A stretch of DNA of 64,000 nt from Actinomycetota bacterium (lineage in GTDB: Bacteria > Actinomycetota > UBA4738 > HRBIN12): positions 18,077-82,076 of the forward strand of contig DATKDI010000024.1 in NCBI GenBank assembly GCA_035512775.1, in the 5' to 3' direction. Position 1 is the stretch's first letter. Each line of letters opens with the position of its first letter. Positions 35,719-45,292 of this stretch are shown one piece after another. The notes beneath the pieces were generated by a model. It did not search any database, was not told the origin of the DNA, and was given only the letters and a program-made list of their open reading frames with translations. The position numbers were made by a program, and so were the translations under genes.

Positions 35719-37134
35719 ATGACGGAGCCTATGGACAAGACGGCGGATGCGCTCGTCGTGTTCGGGATCACGGGCGATCTCGGGCGCCGGATGACCATGC
35801 CCGCCCTGTACCGGCTCGAGCGGACAGGGGAGCTCCCATGCGATGTGATCGGTCTGGGCAGGCAGGAGCTGACGACCGAGGAGCTTCGAGCGATGGCTCG
35901 CGAGTCTGTCGAGCGCGCGGAGACCTCGGTCGACGAGGACGCGTTCGATGGGTTCGCCGAGCGACTCTCTTACATCGCGTCCGACGCCACCGACCCCTCC
36001 TCCGGCGAGCGACTGGCGGAGGCTCTGGGCTCCGCGCAGAGGCCCGTCTTCTACCTCGCCACCCCTCCCTCGCTGTTCGCTCCGATCGTCGAGATGCTCG
36101 GCAGCGCGGGTCTCGCCGAAGGAGCTCGTGTCGTGATCGAGAAGCCGTTCGGGCACGACCTCGCCTCGGCCCGTTCGCTGAACGAGCGGCTCCTCCAGGT
36201 GCTGGACGAGGATCGGATCTACCGGATCGACCACTTCCTGGGGAAGGAGCCGGTGCAAGACATCGTGTACCTGCGCTTCGCGAACGAGATCTTCGAGCCG
36301 ATCTGGAACCGGAACCACGTCAAAGCCGTGCAGATCACCCTCGCGGAGTCGTTCGGTATCGAGGGCCGAGGCAGCTTCTACGACGGCGTGGGAGCGTTGC
36401 GAGACGTGGTCCAGAACCACCTCCTTCACGTCCTGGCTCTGGTCACGATGGAGGCACCGGCGGGAAGCAGGGACGCGATCGCCGATCGTCGCCTCGACGT
36501 GCTCCACGCGATCCCAGCAGCGGATCCCACTCGATACGTGCGAGGTCAGTACGAGGGCTACGCGGACGAGGACGGGGTGCGTCCCGGATCCAACACCGAG
36601 ACGTTCGCGGCTCTCCGCCTGCGGATCGACAACTGGCGATGGTCCGGCGTTCCGTTCCTGATCCGGGCCGGGAAGATGATGGCCACGACGATGACCGAGG
36701 TCCGCGTGCTCTTCCGGCGGCCTCCGCCGATCCTGCTCGGCGACCACACGGAGCAGGCCCGACATCACAACCACATCTCGATCAGGATCGGGAAGGATGC
36801 GGGCGCCAGCATCGGTGTCCTCGTGAAGGACGCCTCGGGCGAATCGGCGGAGCCCGTGCATCTGGACGTCTCGTTCCAGGAGCATCTCGCCAGAAGTCCG
36901 AGCCCGTACGAGCGCCTGCTCGGTGACGCCCTGGTCGGCGATGCCACCCTGTTCCCGCACCAGGCCGTGGTCGAGGAGATGTGGCGGATCGTCCAACCCC
37001 TGCTGGACGATCCGCCCCCTCTCGAGACGTACGCGCCGGGGTCGTGGGGACCCACGTCCGCCGATCGACTGGCCGAGCCGTTCGGGGGTTGGCGGCCCAC
37101 GGCACCCGAGCAGACGCGGGCCGAAGAAGCGTAG
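35719..37134 (+). CDS. zwf: Glucose-6-phosphate 1-dehydrogenase.
   Basis: ALVVFGITGDLGRRMTMPALYRL, IDHFLGKEPVQDIVYLRFANEIFEPIWNRNHV and NHLLHVLALVTMEAP, diagnostic G6PD motifs. Confidence 0.9.
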   Translation: MTEPMDKTADALVVFGITGDLGRRMTMPALYRLERTGELPCDVIGLGRQELTTEELRAMARESVERAETSVDEDAFDGFAERLSYIASDATDPSSGERLAEALGSAQRPVFYLATPPSLFAPIVEMLGSAGLAEGARVVIEKPFGHDLASARSLNERLLQVLDEDRIYRIDHFLGKEPVQDIVYLRFANEIFEPIWNRNHVKAVQITLAESFGIEGRGSFYDGVGALRDVVQNHLLHVLALVTMEAPAGSRDAIADRRLDVLHAIPAADPTRYVRGQYEGYADEDGVRPGSNTETFAALRLRIDNWRWSGVPFLIRAGKMMATTMTEVRVLFRRPPPILLGDHTEQARHHNHISIRIGKDAGASIGVLVKDASGESAEPVHLDVSFQEHLARSPSPYERLLGDALVGDATLFPHQAVVEEMWRIVQPLLDDPPPLETYAPGSWGPTSADRLAEPFGGWRPTAPEQTRAEEA

Positions 37135-37140
37135 GGCTCG

Positions 37141-37650
37141 TCAGGACGTGGGCGGGATCTCCACGACGCGGCCATCCTGCCAACCGAAGTCCCAGACATC
37201 GATCGCCGGCGGTTCCACGCCGAGCGTCGTGAGGGCCGTGCAGATCTGGCTCCGGTGATCGGTCCCGTGGTGCAGCGCCTGCGCGAGCCGGATGCTGAGC
37301 GGGGCGTGGGTCTCGGAGCCGTCGTCACGGTGTCTCTCGAGAACCGCATCCGGATCGAGGTCATCTCTGAGGACTCCCGACCACGCGGCGCCGTGGCTCT
37401 CGATCACGGCCCGCAGCTCCGGGAGCTCCATGTGATCCTCGTCGATCAGGGGTATCAGTCCGCCACTCAGAACGAACAGGTAGGAGGAGTCGGCCCCGAC
37501 GGTATGGCGCACGGTGTCGAGGATCGAGCCGTACGTCCCCGGAACGGCGGTCTCCAGTTGCTCGGGGGTGAGTTTCAGACACTCGTCGATTACCCGCAGC
37601 GTCGCCCACACGTGATGGGCGAAGGCGTCTCCCATCACCGACGTGCTCAT
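37141..37650 (-). CDS. DinB-family (DinB_2/DUF664) protein, intact.
   Basis: MSTSVMGDAFAHHVWATLRVIDECLKLTPEQLETAVPGTYGSILDTVRHTVGAD...ALHHGTDHRSQICTAL, with the conserved His triad. Confidence 0.7.
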   Translation of the reverse strand: MSTSVMGDAFAHHVWATLRVIDECLKLTPEQLETAVPGTYGSILDTVRHTVGADSSYLFVLSGGLIPLIDEDHMELPELRAVIESHGAAWSGVLRDDLDPDAVLERHRDDGSETHAPLSIRLAQALHHGTDHRSQICTALTTLGVEPPAIDVWDFGWQDGRVVEIPPTS

Positions 37651-38011
37651 GAGCTCACCGTAGCAAACCTCTGTCGCACGGTCGGAGGGAGAGGTCGAAG
37701 CGCCAGTCGTTGCACCGGGCGACGATGGTGCCCCGCCCGCGCCAGGTCGACGACCTGAGCGGTCGCCGAGCTCGCGATGCCCCGTCCCTGGAAGCTCGGA
37801 AGCACAGCCCACCCGATCTCCCAGACCTGCTCATCGCTCCAGGCACTCAGTCACGCGGTACCTAAGGTGACGGCATGAAGACGACAGGAGCTGCGATCCA
37901 CTACGTCACCACGGAGGATCGGCGGAGCACGCGGGTCGCGAAACTGATCGAGGAAGGGCGGATGACCGAGGCCGGCCTCGCCGAGGTCGAGAGGGTCAAG
38001 CAGGACGGCCG

Positions 38012-38431
38012 ATGGGGCGGTCGATGAGCGCGTTGATCGCTGCCGCGGCGACGGCTCGAGGTGTTGCCGTTGCCGCGGCCGTCGGCTTCCTCGTGATCGC
38101 GATCTTCCAGGCGGCGCTGGCCCTGGGCGCACCACTCGGACGGGCCGCGTGGGGCGGGACCCGGACCCACCTGCCGACGGGCCTCCGCATCGCCAGTGCG
38201 GCCGCGGTGGTCTTCTGGTTGTTCGCGGCGCTCATCGTGCTCGGGCGCGCAGGGTTCGACGCATCTCCCATATCGGGCACGCCCGCGCGATGGGGAGCCT
38301 GGATCCTCGTGGGCGTGCTCCTGGTCGGCGCCCTGATGAACTTCGCGTCCTCGAGCCCGTGGGAACGATTCCTCTGGGGGCCGCTCGCGCTCGTGCTGGC
38401 CGTGCTCTGCTTCGTCCTCGCGCGTAGCTGA
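38012..38431 (+). CDS. Small polytopic membrane protein (hypothetical).
   Basis: Four TM helices. 139 aa. Confidence 0.45.
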   Translation: MGRSMSALIAAAATARGVAVAAAVGFLVIAIFQAALALGAPLGRAAWGGTRTHLPTGLRIASAAAVVFWLFAALIVLGRAGFDASPISGTPARWGAWILVGVLLVGALMNFASSSPWERFLWGPLALVLAVLCFVLARS

Positions 38432-38477
38432 GCCTGCAGCTCGCGGACCGAGGCGAAGTCTGACCGACCGCCGTGGG

Positions 38478-39227
38478 TCAGGTACGAGGCTTGGTGGCGT
38501 GGACGATCGCGCCGTACATCTGATCGGTCTCCTCGTGGGTGGGCTCGATCGAGATCCCGTCGAATCCCACAGCGGTGAGCTCCGTCTCGTATTCGGCGAA
38601 CGAGAGCGCACCGGCGATGCAACCGACGAAGCTCCCACGCTCGGCGCGCTCGGCGGGTGACAGCACGTCCGCGGCGACCACGTCGCTGATCCCCAGGCGT
38701 CCGCCGGGGCGAAGCACGCGGAACATCTCGCGGATCACACGGGGCTTGTCCGTGGACAGGTTGATCACGCAGTTCGAGATGACCACGTCCACGCTGGCGT
38801 CGGGCAGCGGCACGTCCTCGATGTATCCCTTCACGAACTCCACGTTGGTGGCCTTCGCCTCGCGGGCGTTCTCGCGGGCGAGATCGAGCATCTCGTCGGT
38901 CATGTCCAGGCCGTACACGTGACCTGAAGGGCCGACACGCCGGGCGGACAGAAGGACGTCGATCCCACCGCCGGACCCGAGATCCAGGACGGTCTCACCC
39001 TCCCTCAGCTCGGCCACGGCGGTCGGGTTCCCACACCCGAGGCTCGCGAGCACCGCCTCGTCGGGAAGCTTCCGTCGCTCGTCGACGTCGTAGAACTTCA
39101 CGCCGCAACCGTCGGCGGGGTCGCAACACCCCGCGACCTCGCTCCAGTCGTCGGCAGCCTTCCCCACCTTCACCGAAAAGGCGGCGGCCGCGTAACGGTC
39201 CCGCACCGTGTCCCGGAGCTCAGCCAT
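38478..39227 (-). CDS. arsM: Arsenite S-adenosylmethionine methyltransferase.
   Basis: Conserved Cys residues (GCCDP, SLGCGNP, VISNCVINL, VGCIAGAL) with MT motif I VLDLGSGGGIDV. Confidence 0.8.
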   Translation of the reverse strand: MAELRDTVRDRYAAAAFSVKVGKAADDWSEVAGCCDPADGCGVKFYDVDERRKLPDEAVLASLGCGNPTAVAELREGETVLDLGSGGGIDVLLSARRVGPSGHVYGLDMTDEMLDLARENAREAKATNVEFVKGYIEDVPLPDASVDVVISNCVINLSTDKPRVIREMFRVLRPGGRLGISDVVAADVLSPAERAERGSFVGCIAGALSFAEYETELTAVGFDGISIEPTHEETDQMYGAIVHATKPRT

Positions 39228-39606
39228 CGTCTTCCTCCTCAAAGGTCAGGATCGCGCCGAGACGACGCCTCGCGTCGGCCCGAAGCGAGTAGAACGCCCA
39301 CACACCACGCTGCTGGCGATCCAGCAGGCCGGCGTCCACCAACTTCCTCATGTGGAAGCTCACGGTGGGCTGCGAGAGCCCCAGCAGGTCGGTCAGATGG
39401 CACACGCACACCGGTTCTCCGGAGGCCGCGAGCAGGTTGAGCACGCGCACCCGCGCCGGGTCGGCCAAGGCCTTGAACACCGCGGCAGTGGCCTCGGCGT
39501 CGATCTTGGACATCCCGGTCCGTGCGATCGGCACACAGGTGGCTGCCGGTGAGGAAGTGTCCTGCACGGTCAGCTCTCTCACCGTGGTCACTCCGACCGT
39601 CGCCAT
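39220..39606 (-). CDS. arsR: ArsR-family metalloregulator.
   Basis: FKALADPARVRVLNLLAASGEPVCVCHLTDLLGLSQPTVSFHMRKL, with the CVC metal-binding site. The start is possibly the internal Met at 39513. Confidence 0.8.
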   Translation of the reverse strand: MATVGVTTVRELTVQDTSSPAATCVPIARTGMSKIDAEATAAVFKALADPARVRVLNLLAASGEPVCVCHLTDLLGLSQPTVSFHMRKLVDAGLLDRQQRGVWAFYSLRADARRRLGAILTFEEEDDG

Positions 39607-39626
39607 CCATCGACTTTCATCCCATC

Positions 39627-39670
39627 GACGTTCATCGATGTCAGGCTAACGACATCCATCGATGAACGTC
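39627..39670. promoter_or_regulatory. Perfect 14-bp inverted repeat (GACGTTCATCGATG-N16-CATCGATGAACGTC) in the arsR promoter region, a candidate ArsR operator.
   Basis: Read directly from the sequence. The local region is AT-richer. Confidence 0.5.
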
Positions 39671-39853
39671 AATCTCTCCGTGCCAAGGCCATGAGACGTC
39701 GGTTCCCTGGGCGAGCGAGCGTGTCTCAGACGTCGTGTTGCTCGAGGGTTTCCACCGGATCGTCCTCGTGCGGATCGTCCTCGTGCCGGACCTGCTCGCG
39801 AAGTTCGGAGTACTGCACGGCCTCTGAAGCGATCATCGCGACCAGGACCACGG

Positions 39854-40594
39854 TCAGCACTCCGAGCGCGCGAGGGCGGGCAGGTTCCCCGCGACCGGTA
39901 TCAGCAGGCCGAGCAAGACCGCGACCGCGAGCCGCCGCCCGGTCACCTTGTGCCAGGTTCGGTACTTGAACGCCGAATGCGCGAGCAGGTAGAGCGTGAC
40001 GCCTCCGTAGAGCCCGATGAGAGGCAGGAGAGGAAGCGGGTCGGACAACTCGTGATCACCCGACCCACCGACGGACTCGAGCACCTTCTTCATCCCCAGC
40101 GCGACGAGGACGACGCCGGCGATCATCGGCATGTGGAGATAGCTGTAGGCATCGCGAGCCAGCCGCGCCCGCTCCTCGCCCTCCGCCCGGCGGAGCATGC
40201 GCTCGGCCACGATCGACACGACGTCGAAGTACGCCCACCACAGACATCCCGCGACCGTCAGCCCGAGGACCGACGCCACGATGATCGGCCACGAGATCGC
40301 CTCCTGCGCCACGCCGACACCGATCGCGACGATCGACTCACCGAGGGAGACGATCAGGATGAGCCCGTGACGCTCGGCGAAGTGGGAGGCTGAGCGGACC
40401 CGCCATCCGGACGCGCCCCCGAGGATCGTGCCGAAGTAGTCCACGACCAACGCGGCGATCCACGTGAAGGTCTGTGCCCACCCGTCCAGCTGTGAGGCGA
40501 CCAACAGCACGGCGGTGCTGCCGATCACCGACGGGGTGAACCTCCACAGCTGTCGTCGAAGGCCCGGGTCGTCGCCCGACAACAGGAAGAACAT
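39854..40594 (-). pseudogene. LtrA-like (low-temperature-requirement A family) membrane protein lacking its N-terminal third.
   Basis: LtrA-like TM segments (..AYLAVRLLHLVMFFLLSGDDPGLRRQLWRF...). The in-frame upstream extension runs antisense through the confidently called DUF2461 gene, so the N-terminus is missing or overlapped. Confidence 0.4.
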
Positions 40595-40675
40595 GACGAG
40601 ATGGAGGAGCCGCACCGCGAGGTAGGCGAACGCGACCACGACCGGTCCGTCGAGCCCGTCGCGTAGGGTCGCGGC

Positions 40676-41320
40676 ATGACGTTCCGCGGCTGGCCGGTGG
40701 AAGCCGTCGAGTTCTTCGAGGGCCTCGAGGCCGACAACTCCAAGACCTACTGGCAGCGGAACAAGGAGATCTACGACTCGATGGTCCGCGCCCCGATGGA
40801 GGAGCTTCTGGCGGAGCTGGAGCCGGAGTTCGGCGACGGTCGGATCTTCCGGCCGTATCGGGACATCCGATTCAGCGCCGACAAGTCGCCCTACAAGACC
40901 AACATCGGAGCGACGGTCGGCGACGGCTACGTCCAGCTCACGTCCGACGGTCTGGGCGCGGGAGCCGGGATGTGGGAGATGGCGCCGGACCAGCTGGATC
41001 GCTACCGGGAGGCCGTGAGCGCCACGCGGTCCGGCGGCAAGCTCGTCAACGTGGTGCGGAAGACGCGCGAGGGGGGGATCGACGTCTCCGGCCACGAGGC
41101 GCTGAAGACCGCCCCGAAGGGCTACCCCAAGGATCATCCCCGGATCGAGCTCCTCCGGTTCAAGGGCATCATCACGTGGCGGGAGTGGCCTGCAGGGGCG
41201 TGGTTGGGGAACCGCAAGGCCAAGGATCGGGTCGTCGAGTTCCTCCGCGCGTCGAAGCCGCTCAACGATTGGCTCCGTGCCCACGTCGGTCCCTCGACCT
41301 TGCCCGAGCGGCGACGGTAG
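40676..41320 (+). CDS. DUF2461 (TIGR02453) family protein.
   Basis: YWQRNKEIYDSMVRAPMEELL...IFRPYRDIRFSADKSPYKTNIGA, a family signature. Confidence 0.7.
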   Translation: MTFRGWPVEAVEFFEGLEADNSKTYWQRNKEIYDSMVRAPMEELLAELEPEFGDGRIFRPYRDIRFSADKSPYKTNIGATVGDGYVQLTSDGLGAGAGMWEMAPDQLDRYREAVSATRSGGKLVNVVRKTREGGIDVSGHEALKTAPKGYPKDHPRIELLRFKGIITWREWPAGAWLGNRKAKDRVVEFLRASKPLNDWLRAHVGPSTLPERRR

Positions 41321-41360
41321 GTTGGGAGCTCACGGGCACCATCGAAGAAACGGAGGAAGC

Positions 41361-41744
41361 ATGGACTTGAACAGCATCCTGATCGGGTCCGAGGATCCCA
41401 AGCGTCTGTCGGACTACTACACCAAGCTCTTCGGGGAGCCGGGCTGGGACGACGGCGGCTACACCGGCTGGCAGATCGGCACCGGCTGGGTGACCGTGGG
41501 GCCGCACGACCAGGTGAAGGGGAACAACACCCAGCCCGGCCGGATCCTCTGGAACATCGAGACGGCCGACGTGAAGGGTGACTTCGAGAAGTTCAAGGCC
41601 GCCGGCGCAACGGTGGTGCAAGAGCCGTACACCCCCGGCGAGGAGGGCGAGGAGATGGAGGGTCAGATCGCCACGTTCTCGGACCCGGACAACAACTACT
41701 TCCAGTTGATGAGCCCGATGGGGCCACCGCCCGAGGGCTCGTAG
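41361..41744 (+). CDS. VOC (glyoxalase/bleomycin-resistance fold) family protein.
   Basis: RBS GGAGGA. MDLNSILIGSEDPKRLSDYYTKLFG... 127 aa. Confidence 0.6.
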   Translation: MDLNSILIGSEDPKRLSDYYTKLFGEPGWDDGGYTGWQIGTGWVTVGPHDQVKGNNTQPGRILWNIETADVKGDFEKFKAAGATVVQEPYTPGEEGEEMEGQIATFSDPDNNYFQLMSPMGPPPEGS

Positions 41745-41751
41745 GGAACGG

Positions 41752-43290
41752 ATGCTCCTGGAGGAGGTCGCGGCGGCGTCGGCAGACGTCGCCGCGACCT
41801 CGTCCCGACTGAAGAAGGTTGAGCGACTCTCGTCGGTGCTGTCGGGACTTCGTCCCGACGAGGTCCCCATCGCGGTGGCCTACCTGTCCGGCGCGCTCCC
41901 GCACGGTTCGATCGGGGTGGGGTGGGCGTCGCTCCGAAACGTGCCCTCGCCGGCGACGGATGCGACGCTCGAACTCGTCGAGGTCGATGAGACCCTCGAC
42001 CGGATCGGCGGCCTCGGTGGCACCGGGTCGCAGGCGGCTCGCCGAGAAGCGCTCCACGATCTGTTCGGGAGGGCCACCGAGCGGGAACACGACTTCCTGC
42101 GCAGCCTCCTGATGGGTGACATCCGCCAGGGTGCCCTCGAAGGCGTGATGGTCGACGCCGTCGCACGAGCCGCGGAGGTGCCCACTCCCGAGGTCCGCCG
42201 GGCGGCGATGCTGGCCGGCGACCTGGGCGCCGTCGCCGCCGCGGCGATCGAAGGAGGCAGCGCCGCTCTCACCCGATTCCGACTCTCGCTCCTGACCCCA
42301 CTGAAGCCGATGCTCGCCCAGTCCGCCGAAGACATCCGCGCCGCATCCGAACGGATCCGGCCTGGCGCCGTCGAATGGAAGCTCGACGGCGCCCGGATCC
42401 AGATCCACCGGCTCGGGGACGAGGTCCGCGTGTTCACGCGGAACCTCGCCGATGTGACCGGTCGGGTGCCGGAGATCGTGGGGACGATCCGGCGGCTCCC
42501 GTTGGAAGCGGCCGTCTTCGACGCCGAGGCGATCGCCCTTCGGCCCGACGGACGTCCGCATCCCTTCGGCCTGACGATGAGCCGGTTCGGGAGCCGCAGC
42601 CGACGTGACCTCGAGGAGCTCCGCGCGGACTACCCACTCTCCGCGTTCGTCTTCGACGTCCTGCATCTCGACGGGCAGGACCTGATCGACCAGCCCGCCG
42701 CCGAGCGGTTCGCCGCGCTCGAGGAACGGCTTCCCGATGAGTTGCGCGTGACGAGGATCGTGACCGGCGATGCCGACGAGGCCGAACGCTTCCTCGACGA
42801 CGCGCTGGCACGCGGTCACGAGGGTGTGATGGTGAAGGCGCTCGACGCGCCGTACGAGGCAGGGAGGCGCGGGGCAAGCTGGATCAAGGTGAAGCGTGCG
42901 AACACACTCGACCTCGTGATCCTCGCGGCCGAGTGGGGGCACGGTCGCCGGCAGGGATGGCTCAGCAACCTGCACCTCGGCGCGCGCGACCCGGCGACCG
43001 GCGGGTTCGTCATGCTCGGCAAGACCTTCAAGGGCATGACCGACGAGATGCTCACCTGGCAGACGGAACGCTTGCAGCAGATCGAGACGAGCCGCGAGGG
43101 CATCACCGTGCATGTGCGCCCGGAGCTCGTCGTCGAGGTCGCGTTCGACGGTCTCCAAACGAGCACGCGCTATCCCGGAGGGGTGGCCCTTCGCTTCGCG
43201 CGCGTGAAGGGCTATCGGCCCGACAAGGGTGTCGAAGAGGCCGACACCATCGAAACCGTCCGAGAGATCCACGCTCGATCGGTGAGTTGA
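41752..43290 (+). CDS. ATP-dependent DNA ligase (LigB/LigC-type).
   Basis: Adenylation motif EWKLDGARIQIH (KxDG), motif V WIKVKR, and an OB-domain C-terminus. 512 aa. Confidence 0.8.
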   Translation: MLLEEVAAASADVAATSSRLKKVERLSSVLSGLRPDEVPIAVAYLSGALPHGSIGVGWASLRNVPSPATDATLELVEVDETLDRIGGLGGTGSQAARREALHDLFGRATEREHDFLRSLLMGDIRQGALEGVMVDAVARAAEVPTPEVRRAAMLAGDLGAVAAAAIEGGSAALTRFRLSLLTPLKPMLAQSAEDIRAASERIRPGAVEWKLDGARIQIHRLGDEVRVFTRNLADVTGRVPEIVGTIRRLPLEAAVFDAEAIALRPDGRPHPFGLTMSRFGSRSRRDLEELRADYPLSAFVFDVLHLDGQDLIDQPAAERFAALEERLPDELRVTRIVTGDADEAERFLDDALARGHEGVMVKALDAPYEAGRRGASWIKVKRANTLDLVILAAEWGHGRRQGWLSNLHLGARDPATGGFVMLGKTFKGMTDEMLTWQTERLQQIETSREGITVHVRPELVVEVAFDGLQTSTRYPGGVALRFARVKGYRPDKGVEEADTIETVREIHARSVS

Positions 43291-43292
43291 CG

Positions 43293-43772
43293 ATGCCGAA
43301 GCTGAGCGCCGGTCTCCTGGTGTGTCGGTTGGTCGACGGCGAACCGGAGGTGCTGCTGGTGCATCCCGGGGGTCCCTACTGGACCAGGAAAGACGACGGC
43401 GCCTGGTCCATCCCCAAAGGGGAGCACGGGTCCGGCGAGGATCCGCTCGAGGTGGCGTCCCGGGAATTCCGCGAGGAGCTGGGGACCGATCCGCCCGATC
43501 TCGGATCGCCCATGTTCCTCGGCGAGCTGCGTCAGCCGAGCGGGAAGATCGTGAGCGCCTGGGCGGTGCAGGGAGATGTGGACGTCAGCGACGTGCACAG
43601 CAACACGTTCACGATGGAATGGCCGCCCGGCTCGGGCCGGACGGGCGAGTTCCCGGAGGTGGACCGAGCAGGATGGTTCGACCTGGAGACCGCTCGGATG
43701 AAGCTCCTCCGGGGTCAGCTCGGGTTCATCGATCGACTCTCGGAGCTGTTGGACGACGGCTCGGCGGAGTGA
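43293..43772 (+). CDS. NUDIX hydrolase.
   Basis: Nudix box GEHGSGEDPLEVASREFREELG. The ATG lies 3 bp after the ligase stop. Confidence 0.7.
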   Translation: MPKLSAGLLVCRLVDGEPEVLLVHPGGPYWTRKDDGAWSIPKGEHGSGEDPLEVASREFREELGTDPPDLGSPMFLGELRQPSGKIVSAWAVQGDVDVSDVHSNTFTMEWPPGSGRTGEFPEVDRAGWFDLETARMKLLRGQLGFIDRLSELLDDGSAE

Positions 43773-43781
43773 ACCGGAACG

Positions 43782-44167
43782 CTAGACGGTCTCCCAGAGA
43801 CCCATCACGTTGCCTTCTGAGTCCTTGAAGTAGGCGTACGCGCCATGCCGGGCATCTCCGTCCGCGCGTGGACGGTGCTGCCGCCGGCGGCCTCGATCTT
43901 CTTCAGCGCGTCGTCGATCCCATCGACCTCGATCGTGATCACGGGTGAAGGCGTATCCGCAGCGCGCTTCATCAGTCCACCGTTGATCGCGCCGGGCTCC
44001 GTCGGCGCCTGCGTCTTGTCGTCGACCGGCGTCGTCAGCGCGAGGGTGTAGAGACCCATGGCCTCCCCCTGCATGTCCTGCAGCTGCCATCCGAAGATCG
44101 AGCCGTAGAACTCCTTGGCCCTCGGGATGTCGTCCGTCGGGATCTCGAAGTGCACGACCTTGCCCAT
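43782..44167 (-). pseudogene. VOC/glyoxalase-family protein with a -1 frameshift.
   Basis: MGKVVHFEIPTDDIPRAKEFYGSIFGWQL...TEMPGM in one frame, then GAYAYFKDSEGNVMGLWETV in another. One G is missing from atgGgcgcg at about 43853. Confidence 0.5.
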
Positions 44168-44251
44168 ATCCGACTCCTCTCTTGGAGCTCTTGGAGCTGG
44201 TCCCCGACGATGTCTCACCCTAGTCAGGGAAACCGACGCCCGTCGAGGTGG

Positions 44252-44803
44252 TCAGCTGAGCGCGGCGATCCCCGATGACCAGGCCGCGTGGAGATCCGCA
44301 TCCGGAGGGAACCGGCCGTCGAGCTCCAGGATCGTCATCCCGTGAGCGAACGCCCAGAGGGCACGAGCGCGGTCCGGGTCGCCACCGGCGGCCATGACCA
44401 CCGGCTCCGCGGTCCATGCTTCGAGGCCCTGTGGCAACCGCTCGCGCGGAAGCGGCCCGCCCGTCACCAGGCGGTAGAGGTGCGGGTGCGCGAGCGCCCA
44501 CCGCCGATAGACGCGCGCCAGCTCTGTGAGCGCCTTGTGGCGCGAGCCGCCATTCCGCAGCGAGCCGACCGCGTCGTGCAGCTGCTGCCCGAGCTCGCGG
44601 AAGGCATCGGCCATCAGGAGCACCTCGAGCTCTTCCTTCGAGTCCACGTGCTTGTAGAGGGAGGGCGCGCGGATCCCCATCCGCGCGGCGACGCGCCGCA
44701 TCGTGAGTCCATCGGGTCCTTCGCGTTCGAGGAGCACCCGCGCGGCCGCGACGACGTCGCGGACGCGCGGGGATCGGAGTTCGGGCGCCTCGATCACGAG
44801 GCG
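44252..44803 (-). CDS. TetR-family transcriptional regulator.
   Basis: RVRDVVAAARVLLEREGPDGLTMRRVAARMGIRAPSLYKHVDSKEELE, an N-terminal HTH. Confidence 0.75.
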   Translation of the reverse strand, partial: RLVIEAPELRSPRVRDVVAAARVLLEREGPDGLTMRRVAARMGIRAPSLYKHVDSKEELEVLLMADAFRELGQQLHDAVGSLRNGGSRHKALTELARVYRRWALAHPHLYRLVTGGPLPRERLPQGLEAWTAEPVVMAAGGDPDRARALWAFAHGMTILELDGRFPPDADLHAAWSSGIAALS

Positions 44804-45249
44804 GCCGGCTTGCGAACCTCGGCGACCCGGCGAGCGAGCGCCTCGTTCATCGCGCGGAATCCCTTCGCCGTCCCGCCGTCGCGGAGCTTCTTCCAGAGCA
44901 ACGGCACCAGGACGCCGCCGAATCGTTCGGTCTGGGCGAACCGCACACGGCCCGGCCCCGCCTCTTCGATCCGGAAGCGATGCTCTCCATCGAAGATCCA
45001 CGGGATCATCAGGTGCCCGATCCATCGAAGCTCGCGACCGGGCTCGACGGCCAGCACCGTCGGATGCATCGTGATCCCTCGTTCGTCCATCGGTTGGAGC
45101 CGGACGTCGAGCTTCGCGCCGACGCGGAGCTCGCCCTCGACCTTCTCGATGAACGGATTCCACTCCGGATATGCCTGCAGGTCCGTGAGGACCGTCCACG
45201 TCGCCTCGGGCGTCCCGTCGAACTCGATCTCCGTGCTGAGCTCTCTCAT
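44794..45249 (-). CDS. SRPBCC-superfamily (polyketide cyclase/AHSA1-like) protein.
   Basis: EIEFDGTPEATWTVLTDLQAYPEWNPF... 151 aa. Co-operonic with the TetR gene. Confidence 0.65.
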   Translation of the reverse strand: MRELSTEIEFDGTPEATWTVLTDLQAYPEWNPFIEKVEGELRVGAKLDVRLQPMDERGITMHPTVLAVEPGRELRWIGHLMIPWIFDGEHRFRIEEAGPGRVRFAQTERFGGVLVPLLWKKLRDGGTAKGFRAMNEALARRVAEVRKPAAS

Positions 45250-45292
45250 CTCGTCCTCCTCCGTCGGCTAACGGCGTTAGCCTAGGCGAACG

